From a bacterium (GTDB taxonomy: Bacteria > Auribacterota > JABMQX01), in the NCBI GenBank assembly GCA_013203085.1, contig JABMQX010000677.1, positions 1 through 29,840 on the forward strand: DNA of 29,840 nucleotides, in the 5' to 3' direction. The position numbers were made by a program, and so were the translations under genes. Positions 16,657 to 25,129 of this stretch are shown piece by piece (the stretch's first letter is position 1; the number at the start of each line of letters is the position of its first letter). Below the pieces are notes generated by a model. It saw only the letters and a program-made list of their open reading frames with translations. It was not told where the DNA came from and made no database searches.

Positions 16657-16902
16657 GTTCATAGTGCGCGGATCACGCCGGACGGCGGTCTGTTCATCGA
16701 TTCTCGTGACGCTGATGGCTGACACAAAAGGGGGAGGAGTAGAACACATGCGAAAAGAAACAACGTAGGGACTCAGACCAGAGCAGCTTGACCGGTTGTT
16801 CGCAATGAGTCTACGGAGAATGCCCGATTAATATAGCCCTCATGCCAAGTCCCCCAGTTTTGCCGTCACCCTTTCCCAGCGGTCTCGTTCAACTACGCGT
16901 GA

Positions 16903-16950
16903 TAACATGCGCACAGAAGAAGATCGCACGCTTTCGCCATAGTGCGGCGC
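16903..16950 (+). repeat. Intergenic repeat, copy B
   Basis: TAACATGCGCACAGAAGAAGATCGCACGCTTTCGCCATAGTGCGGCGC; direct-repeat partner of 12760-12807. Confidence 0.7.
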
Positions 16951-17166
16951 CTGAATTCTAAAAGCGGGGGGCAGACGATCCAGCGTAGGGTCGGCGGGAT
17001 AGGTTTCGCGGTTGTCGTCGAGAACAATGGCGAAAATGCCCTTCCCATCGGCATAATTGACTGCCAAAACGCAGATTGTGAGCACAGAATTTGCACAAAA
17101 CCCGGAAAGTCGATTCTGCCCTTTAGAATGCGTGTCTTAGCCACCGAGACTTCGTGCTTCTCCCCC

Positions 17167-17192
17167 ACGAAATCTGATCTGATTTCGTTGTT
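17167..17192 (+). terminator. Possible terminator or palindromic site between convergent gene runs
   Basis: Perfect 8-bp stem ACGAAATC/GATTTCGT with a 6-nt loop, followed by TGTT. The stem is AT-rich and the T tail is weak. Confidence 0.25.
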
Positions 17193-17328
17193 CTTGGCAA
17201 CAGTCCGCGGCGTAGTAGGCCGCAGATAGTTGCGGCTATGAGTGTGAAGGGCGGTAGGAGACTGCAGCGGGTGGCGGACTAACACCGTGGCACCTCGGGT
17301 GTAGTTACCCTAAAGATAAACGTTTGCG

Positions 17329-19633
17329 TTATTGAATTGGGCTCTTTCCCCAGGTCTTATTGGGCTCCGGGCCGAGCCAAAGCTCCAGCAATCCGCCCCT
17401 GGCGAAGTCCTTCTGATAAAACCAGCAGTTCTCCAGGACCTCCCCATTCAGTTTTGCTTTCTGGATGTACATGTTTTTGCTGGAGTTATTGTAGGTCTTG
17501 ATCTTGAACTCCTTACCGGCGTAGTAGCGGGGATCAAGCTTGATCGTGATCTCATCGAACACCGGGCTGGTGATTTCGTAAATGGGATCGGCATCATAGG
17601 CTCCTCGGACGGAGAACAACCCTATTTTCATCAGCGCGCTCAAGGCGCCCATCTGCCCTTGATCTTCCTCGCCGCAATACCCGTTGTGCGGAGTCGTCCC
17701 TCCAAATGCCAATTCACTGACCTGTCGCACCCAGTATTGCGTGAGCCACGGTCTTCCGGCATGGTTGAAAAGGTGCGCCATTCCGCAAGACGGCTGATTT
17801 CCATAGGTGAACAGCCCGTTGTGACCGCGTTCAAACCGATGGGGCGCCTCCTGCTCAAACGCATGAGTGAGCATGTCGGTGAACTTGTCTTCTCCCCCCC
17901 ATCAGTTCAACCAAGCCTTTGATATCGTGAGGTACATACCAGGTATACGTCCAGGCATTCCCCTCGACAAAGCCGTACCACTCGACCGGGTCAAACGGCT
18001 CATACCATGAACCGTCCCTTCTTCTCGGACGCATGAATCCGGTCGCAGCATCCCACTGATTCGTATAATTCCGCGACCGTTTCATGAAGTACGCGTAATT
18101 CTCCTTGTCGCCCACCTTCTCGGCAAGCTGCGCGACACACCAGTCAGCATAGGCCCACTCGAGGGTTAAACCGCCGCTCATGTCGAATCTATGCTTGTCA
18201 TCCCACATCGGACACCAGCCCTGTTTGAGATAGAATGGCAGGTCTCCGTAATATTTATCCATACAGCCGCCCGGCATGTGATTCCTGCGCAGCACGCTCA
18301 GCACCTCTTCCCCAGGGCGATCCAATACGCCCAGGTTGTAAGCGAAGACAATCAGCGGTGTGGCCGGGCAGCCGGTCATGATGTAGGAATACCCGCCCCC
18401 GTTGGGACCGCGGGGCAGGTTTCCGCCCCACTTGTCCAGTTCGAGAAACGAGTTGGCGAAATCCCCCAAAACATGTGGCCAGCCCATGCCCCAAAGCAGA
18501 TTCAGGTTGAACTGGGTGAGCCAGAAGGAGTCCGCGTTGTAATAGTTGTATTTAGGCTTGCCCTCGGCATCCAACGGAAGCTGTCGCACCTTCAGCGTTT
18601 TGGTATTGTTGCCCTTGCCGTCGGTATAGTCGGGGATGGCTCCGTTCACATCGTTCAGCTTGTGCCGGCCCATCAAGGCATGCCACAGATCCGTATAGAA
18701 CTTTGTCCGCTGCTCCTTGGTCCCGCCCCGGACATCGATTCTGCCCAGATACTGGTTCCAAACGTCTCGCGACTCCTTTTCCACCCTGTCGAAGTCCCAG
18801 TGGTTGCACTCGGTCGACAGATTAAGCCCCGCGTTCTCGATACTGGTGAAGGAAAGGCCCACCTTCATCTTGATCACGCTGCCGGGCTTCACGTTATCGT
18901 ACACGACGTATCCGGAAGTGTCGCCGTATCCATTGGACCACTGCTCGAATGTTGAAAAGGGCTGATCCAACTGCACGACGAAAAATGTCCGGACTGTTGG
19001 TGGGCCGCCCCAAGTACCTTTGATCCGGTCATAATATCCCACAAGCTCATTTTCACCTGTGGCCGAAATATGTCCGTTGTTCATGGTCGCGGACCCGCTG
19101 GGGCCGCCCAGGCTGAAGATGATGTCCGCCCGTCCGCCTTTCGGATAGGTATAGCGATGGAAGCCCACCCGTTCCGTCGAGGTGACTTCCGCCTGCATGG
19201 AATACTTATCCAGGTAGACCTTATGGTAGCCAGGCCGAACCACTTCCGTGTCCCGGCTGAACGGCGATTTCCATCCGTCCTTGTTCAGCCTGTAATTGCC
19301 CCCGGTCGTCGGCATCACATCCAGGCCCACGGTCATCCAGCCGTGGAGATGGCAAAACCCCACTACTTCGTTAAAGCGATAGTTGTAACCGCCTCCACCC
19401 TGCCCGGCGTTGCGCGTGTCCGGAAATACGTTCACCATGCCGAAGGGCCGTTTGCCCGTGCCGAAGAAGAACCAACGCCCTCGGGCCGACATGATATAGG
19501 GATCGACCATGTCGACATAATCCGTGCTGCTGTCCCGACTCGCCGACTCCGCTGTTGCCGGCGCCGACCAAACAGCCAGCAGCCACAGAATAGCGAAGTT
19601 TATTCTTATCGGTTTTTTACGATAAAAGCGCAT
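17329..19633 (-). pseudogene. GH92-family alpha-mannosidase-like gene split by a +1 frameshift in a G7 tract (17894-17900)
   Basis: GH92 motifs PFGMV..PDT, GFCHLHG, VTSTERVGFHRY, KFYTDLWH, FVEGNAWTYTWYVPHD, YGNQP, GEEDQGQM. Removing one G fuses LMGG to EDKFTDMLTHAF. Confidence 0.88.
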
Positions 19634-19640
19634 TTCGGTG

Positions 19641-19886
19641 TTACATCTCCTCGACTGTTAACAGACCATCCTTGTTCTTATCAAGCCCATCGAACTGATT
19701 GTAGTACATCTTCGTGAATTCGGTAAAAGTGGCCTTTCCGTCCTGGCTGGGATCGGCGTGCTTGAATGACACCGGGTCGCCAAACTCGGTTACGTTCAGC
19801 ATCCCGTCGCCATCCTTGTCCTGATTCCGGAAGGCCTCCGTCCACAATCCGAGGAATTCTTCGCGGGTCACCTTCCGGTCGGCGTT
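19641..19886 (-). pseudogene. EF-hand protein 3' portion (four EF-hand-like loops), lacking its own start
   Basis: Loops NRNADRKVTREE, DKDGDGMLNVTE, DPSQDGKATFTE, DKNKDGLLTVEE; ends TAA at 19641-19643. Confidence 0.65.
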
Positions 19887-20177
19887 GCGGTTGTAGTGAT
19901 GACCATGGTTCGCCGAAGACTGTTCAACCCTGTCGCCAGAAATCGCGGGTATCAACCGTCTTGACCGTTCCGGCAAATTCCAGATGTTTTGCGGGATCGG
20001 CCACAGCCATTTGGCGCTTATAAACCAGCAGATAGCTCTCCTTCATGTCCTTTCCGTCGAAGCCGACGGTGGCAATGGCAAAGGGCAGCTTCGGCACGTC
20101 GAATTCTTTGAGGACAGCGTTGCCGCGGCGAAGAGTGCGAGCCGCGTCGTCAACGCAATCATCCAGTTGCTATTCAT
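19881..20177 (-). pseudogene. Remnant of a SASA/sialate O-acetylesterase-type gene (signal peptide plus C-terminal segment only)
   Basis: ATG at 20177 gives signal-like MNSNWMIALTTRLALFAAATL. Another frame from 20109 reads KEFDVPKLPFAIATVGFDG..QMAVAD..EFAGTVKTVDTRDFWRQ; after an extra G (19928-19930) it reads VEQSSANHGHHYNRNA. Confidence 0.6.
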
Positions 20178-23100
20178 GCTTTGTGTCTTTCACCCACAGG
20201 TCGAGATGGTATCGATCTGGTTCGGGAAACATGGATGGATCAACGAGTGCGGAGAGTTGCTTCCAGGAACCAGTCTTAGGCTTACTCGCGTAGCCATATC
20301 CAAGAAGCGATTGCCAATTCGTGTTACTCTCATCCATGGCGTAGCCATTAATCGAGCTGTAGTAATCGTGATGTGGATGTTCGGTGGGTATGCCAAAATC
20401 CAGCTTTTGCTTGGTGACGAAGTAATAAGGATCGGTCGTGATAATCCGTCGGCCTGTTTTTTCATGCTGAATCAGGAATAGCGGCCTTGATCCGCTAACC
20501 GGTCGCACGAAGATTTTGAAGTTGGCTTTCGGCGGAAGGCGCTTGTCGTCGGTATCAACGCTTCCTGCAGGAATCGACACTTGTCGCATGGGAGTCAGCC
20601 GCGGATCAAAATTGAGCAACCCGTAATCGACTTTGTCAACGAGTGACTGAGCCAGCTTGATCGTTTTATCCCTGCGACCCACGACGAGAAAGCTGCGATA
20701 CCAGATCGTCGTTTGCGGTGAGATTCGCAGTTTGGGAATGACCTCGCACACGTCATAGTTTCGGAAGCTGTTGGCGGGCCTGGTACGCCAGTCTTTCCAC
20801 ACCCTGTTGTAGGCCGGCGCGCTGGCTCGCCAGTCGCGATATAGCGAATGACTGAATTGACAGAATGCTTCACCGGCGACTTCCCGAGCACGCTCAGCAT
20901 CCAGGTGCCTGTCCGTCCCATACACCAGAGCCAGACTTGGGCTGTCGTCCGCTTCGGACGCACACGACAGATTCCAGCCGCCCGTATTTCTGACAGGCAC
21001 AACTCCAGAGGAATTCAGAATGTCTTTTCGCTCCATCAGTTTACCGTCAGGAGCACTGACATACCGCAGCGGCAGACTGGTCACGCGCGTGCCGCCCCAC
21101 GGTGCATTCAGGTGATCAAACACGACATCGTCGCGCACACTGAAATTGTGAACTACCCAGGTCAGTTCGATGATTCCGTCGCCGACGTCACGAACTTGGG
21201 TGTAGTAAAGCAACGGCGACCGATGAACCGTCTTGATCTGCGGCACCAGGCCCCAATTGAGCATTCGATAACAGCGATCTTCGGACCGAACCTCGAATGC
21301 CAGTAGCGGACAATAAAGCGAATCGATCTCAGTGCCGCCCGGAATGTAGGCGCCTGAGTTGTGAATGAAGAAGCTGCTGCGGAAGGCAGAGTTCTTCATT
21401 CGAGCGATAGTCTCGTCTGGAAGCTTGCCTGCCTTCAGAGAAGCTTCGACACCGTTATACGTCGTGCAGACAGCAACAAACTGCCACACTTCGTCGTTCC
21501 ATGGTGAAATGTGACTGCTTGCCGCGCGCCAGGACGGCGGCACACTTTCGCCGAATGGTCCTCGCAGTGAATAGATTTGACCGCCCTTTCCCGTGCGCAG
21601 TTGAAATGAGTTATCAGCGTCCTGCTTGTGAGCGGTCTCCGACTGAAAGACTTGTTTCTCATTCAATCGTTCGTCCCACAAGCTGCCGCTGGGCGTGAAT
21701 CGAGATGAGAAGGCGGTCTGTCCCTGACGGTCCGCAGGCACTTGTGCAACCGATTCTGGAAAGACGTCAAGAATGAGCGGTTGAGTGGATTCGCTGGAAG
21801 CGTTTGGCAACTGCCAACGCAACTCGCGGAACTCGGGTTTGGGGCCGCGCCAGTTCTTACCCACGATTCGTGGCTTGGTCGTGTCGCCAGGTTTGGGTTG
21901 TAGCCTCTCTGCGTGACCGAGTTTCAATTGCTTGATGTTCTCCCAACTCGGCAACGGTTCGCCGGCAAGATTTTGAAAATCGTTTGGCACCAAAACAACG
22001 TCTTGCCATTGCGTTCCGCCCGCAAGTTCGACCTCGGCGGCGTACCCATCGATCATGACGACCAGTCTGTTCGCTTCCGCAGCGCGGACTTTCAATGCAA
22101 GCTTCGCCTTCTCGGGCGCCTTCCATGTATCGTCGTAAACCTTGTGAGTCGCACGTGCCCATTCCGTAGGCTTGTAGGTGAACCACTCTTTCTCCCAATC
22201 GCCTTCAAAATTCTCAATCACCAGCGAAGGCTTCAGCGTCGCTCGAATTCCGGCGGTCTGGAGGTCGTTGGGCGTTGCTACCTGCAGCAAAGAAGACAAG
22301 TTAAATGTATTGGCAGTGTAGGTTCCGTAGTAATAGCCGGCGCCTACTACTGGGGCGTCCAACGGGTACACGACATTGGCATAAACCCAGAGCGGTTTGG
22401 CCGTGCTTTGCACCGGTAGCTTCGCGGTCCAGCGTCCGTCCGCCTCGGAGGCCTGGGCATGATGCCAAAAACGGTGCATCGTATTCTCACGATCCCCGGG
22501 CCTTTCATCCGGTTTGCCATGCTGAGTGTAAAAGACGTCAACCGACACAATCGGTTTCGAGGGATCGGGCCGAACAGTAATCGTCGGCACGCCGTCGGCA
22601 GTATCCAGTTTCAAAGCAGATTCAGGAGTCTTTGGGAACGCAAACGTGCCTTTCAAATGCTGGTCGAACCACAGCATGGTGGCGACTTCGTATTCCGCCG
22701 TGTCCTGATGGTTGTGGTGCGGGGAACAAGTAACTCGCCGCTCTTTGCTTGAGACTTCCCGGACCGCATGAGGCAAGTCGCCGATGCGCCCGTGAAAATC
22801 GTTTGCAGGGCTGAGAAAAATGATCGGACACGACACTTTCTTCAAGCTGACATTGTCGCCAAGTGTCGCTCGAAAAAGGGGACTGTCGTTATCGCGGTCA
22901 CTGATGCCTCCACAGGACGGCGCGGCGGCTTTCACTCGCGAGTCGGCCGCGGTCATCACGGCGAGCTTTCCACCCATCGAATGCCCGTAGACCCCGAGCC
23001 GGTCGGGATCGACGTCCGGCTGCTGTTCCAGAAACGTCAGTGCTCGGCGAGCTGCGAGAGCACAAAGAAACCAGGCGCTGTTGCGTGGCGATTCCACTTC

Positions 23101-23691
23101 GTCGAGTGTCCAGGCCGCCGGCCTGGCGCTGGGAAATACGTTCCCGGGATTCCTGCCGGGAGCGTGATAGCCATCGACGGCGCCCCAGTCGGTCGTCAGT
23201 TTGTACTTGGGATCCTCGGTCTTCCCATCCCAGAAGAGCTTCACTTCCGCAGGTGTGACTTGATATCCGGGAGCGTTGATCCTGCCAGCCCACGCGATGG
23301 AAACCGTAGCGTATCCACGCTTGGCGTTCATTAGGCAGGCCCGGTGGTCAGCGTATTGGCCGCCACCGTGAATCTGCACGAGCCCGGGAAGTTTCATTCC
23401 ACTCTCAGACGCGTTCTTTGGAAACCCATAGACCGCCGCCAGCCTGGCTTTCTGTCCTTTGAAGACGCCAATGCGAAATCGAACGATCCGCAGCAGGACG
23501 TCCTCCTCTTCCCATTCTTTGAGAACTTCGACTTCGAGAGGTTCCGCACGAGGATCAAACCCCGCCCACATTTCCGCAAAGTTCTTCGGAGCTCGCGCAT
23601 CCTCAAACGGAGGTAGGGTATCGGGTTCGCTTCCTGAAACGAGCGGGCATCCTATGAATGCAATTGCAAATAGCGATGTGAAGAACTGCAT
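20170..23691 (-). CDS. Multidomain secreted protein: alpha/beta-hydrolase (dienelactone hydrolase/acetylxylan esterase-like), CBM-like module and about 530-aa unknown C-terminal domain
   Basis: PGLVQIHGGG; nucleophile elbow GVYGHSMGG; NDFHG and HHNH candidate Asp/His. Signal-like MQFFTSLFAIAFIGCPL. Open to the TAG at 20170. Confidence 0.75.
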   Translation of the reverse strand: MQFFTSLFAIAFIGCPLVSGSEPDTLPPFEDARAPKNFAEMWAGFDPRAEPLEVEVLKEWEEEDVLLRIVRFRIGVFKGQKARLAAVYGFPKNASESGMKLPGLVQIHGGGQYADHRACLMNAKRGYATVSIAWAGRINAPGYQVTPAEVKLFWDGKTEDPKYKLTTDWGAVDGYHAPGRNPGNVFPSARPAAWTLDEVESPRNSAWFLCALAARRALTFLEQQPDVDPDRLGVYGHSMGGKLAVMTAADSRVKAAAPSCGGISDRDNDSPLFRATLGDNVSLKKVSCPIIFLSPANDFHGRIGDLPHAVREVSSKERRVTCSPHHNHQDTAEYEVATMLWFDQHLKGTFAFPKTPESALKLDTADGVPTITVRPDPSKPIVSVDVFYTQHGKPDERPGDRENTMHRFWHHAQASEADGRWTAKLPVQSTAKPLWVYANVVYPLDAPVVGAGYYYGTYTANTFNLSSLLQVATPNDLQTAGIRATLKPSLVIENFEGDWEKEWFTYKPTEWARATHKVYDDTWKAPEKAKLALKVRAAEANRLVVMIDGYAAEVELAGGTQWQDVVLVPNDFQNLAGEPLPSWENIKQLKLGHAERLQPKPGDTTKPRIVGKNWRGPKPEFRELRWQLPNASSESTQPLILDVFPESVAQVPADRQGQTAFSSRFTPSGSLWDERLNEKQVFQSETAHKQDADNSFQLRTGKGGQIYSLRGPFGESVPPSWRAASSHISPWNDEVWQFVAVCTTYNGVEASLKAGKLPDETIARMKNSAFRSSFFIHNSGAYIPGGTEIDSLYCPLLAFEVRSEDRCYRMLNWGLVPQIKTVHRSPLLYYTQVRDVGDGIIELTWVVHNFSVRDDVVFDHLNAPWGGTRVTSLPLRYVSAPDGKLMERKDILNSSGVVPVRNTGGWNLSCASEADDSPSLALVYGTDRHLDAERAREVAGEAFCQFSHSLYRDWRASAPAYNRVWKDWRTRPANSFRNYDVCEVIPKLRISPQTTIWYRSFLVVGRRDKTIKLAQSLVDKVDYGLLNFDPRLTPMRQVSIPAGSVDTDDKRLPPKANFKIFVRPVSGSRPLFLIQHEKTGRRIITTDPYYFVTKQKLDFGIPTEHPHHDYYSSINGYAMDESNTNWQSLLGYGYASKPKTGSWKQLSALVDPSMFPEPDRYHLDLWVKDTKHE

Positions 23692-23749
23692 ATTGCTCAG
23701 TACTTTGGAACCGGGGTAACCATTCGATAGAGGCAACTCGCCTCGCCGG

Positions 23750-25129
23750 TCAACCTAGAGGTCTCTTGTCTCGCAGCTTCAACTTGTGCTTCTGCGTAAG
23801 CCCGTCAAGCATCATGGTCACCAGCGTACAGCTCATGCAGTAATCCTTGACGCCGATGCCCTTGCCCGAAACGGAGTCGTAATGTTCGTTGATCCCGTTC
23901 TTGATCGCGTTGGCGACAGTCTTGTCGGCGATGTCGGCAGCGAGAGCTTTGTGTCCATAGTCTGCCAAGCCTCGAGCGATCTGATAGTTGGTCGATGGCC
24001 AGACGTCTCCGCGCCAGAAGCCGTTAGATTTCCATCGCGGATCAGTGCGATCGACCGTCGGGACCGGAAGCCGTGTCTGCCACGCATCAGTGGCGAGCAC
24101 TTCGGCCATGCGCTTTGCCATGGCCTTGGTAGGGACACCCGCTGTCAACGGAATCCAGCTACCGATAGTTACCACCGGAACCTTCTCCATCGTATCACGT
24201 TTAACCGAAAGGAATGCCCCTGCTTTTTCGTCCCACATGTGGTCGCGCATCGCCTTGACGGCCTTGTCGATCCGCCGCTTTCGCCGCACTGCCATCTGCC
24301 GGTCTCCGACAATTTTGGCCAACCGAACAAGGCTCCGCTCGCCCATGATGAGGTATGACGTGTTACCCGTCACACAGATGTCGCCATACCAGGCACCTTC
24401 GTTGGGGCCTTTGCGTGAGGGATGAGCCGTCAGCTTAAGGTCGTCCATATTGCATTCATAGTCGAACGTTTCCCAACGCGCATGTTGCAGTTTCCCGCTG
24501 TAGGAACCGACCGTGACCAATCCGATGTTGGTCACATCCCGCTCACGCCAAAACCAATCATGGAAGCGTTCGAGCCGACCGAGACATTGCTTCAGAAGTT
24601 CTTTGTCGCCGTTGCGTCGGTAGACGCGTTCGACGCCCCAGGCGAGGATTGGTATCTGCGAGAACTGCCGAACCTCTTGCGGTGCGGTCTTGATCGCAAC
24701 GGTAATCATATCGTGCGCATAGTCAGGCATCTTCTGGTTCCAGCGATCCTGGAAGTCCCAGTAGTTCTGGAAGATATCCCGGATCACCTTCTTCTTGCCC
24801 GGCAAAATGCTCAATAAGTCCACCACGAACATCGAGTCCCAGATCCATTGGCCCTTATAGTACGGTCCGCCGGGGACGATCCAGGTGTTCTTCAATGGCG
24901 GCGTCGGCGGCATGATCTTCTCGAGAATGCACTTGCGAAAAACGGCCTCGGTAAGCGCCAAAACTTCTTCGTTGTTCGATTCAAACAGAGAGCGACTGTC
25001 GGCCCTTGTACTATCATCCAAAACCCCGCCGTTCGCGGCGCGATCACCCGCAGCGATAACCAACTGCTCGAGCCAACGCGATAGTGTCAGTCCGCTACCG
25101 GCGATCTTGAGGAATTTGCGTCGTTTCAT
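23750..25129 (-). CDS. TAT-exported (alpha/alpha)6 glycoside hydrolase, GH63/GH37 (MGH1/trehalase-like)
   Basis: MKRRKFLK signal; YKGQWIWDSMF; SQIPIL; FWRGDVWPSTNY; NEHYDSVSG. Confidence 0.8.
   Translation of the reverse strand: MKRRKFLKIAGSGLTLSRWLEQLVIAAGDRAANGGVLDDSTRADSRSLFESNNEEVLALTEAVFRKCILEKIMPPTPPLKNTWIVPGGPYYKGQWIWDSMFVVDLLSILPGKKKVIRDIFQNYWDFQDRWNQKMPDYAHDMITVAIKTAPQEVRQFSQIPILAWGVERVYRRNGDKELLKQCLGRLERFHDWFWRERDVTNIGLVTVGSYSGKLQHARWETFDYECNMDDLKLTAHPSRKGPNEGAWYGDICVTGNTSYLIMGERSLVRLAKIVGDRQMAVRRKRRIDKAVKAMRDHMWDEKAGAFLSVKRDTMEKVPVVTIGSWIPLTAGVPTKAMAKRMAEVLATDAWQTRLPVPTVDRTDPRWKSNGFWRGDVWPSTNYQIARGLADYGHKALAADIADKTVANAIKNGINEHYDSVSGKGIGVKDYCMSCTLVTMMLDGLTQKHKLKLRDKRPLG

Noticed and set aside
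17277-17306. GACTAAC...GTT hairpin as an attC
   Set aside because: Only about 30 bp with no L boxes. It is a simple stem (ACTAACACC/GGTGTAGT) between convergent genes.
13906-20172. Genome-wide TAG reassignment, suggested by in-frame TAGs at 13906, 16766 and 20170
   Set aside because: TAG at 16654-16656 ends GH127 at a normal C-terminus (WFPQKP), and the 20170 TAG overlaps a new ATG with a signal peptide. Other long ORFs have no internal TAG.
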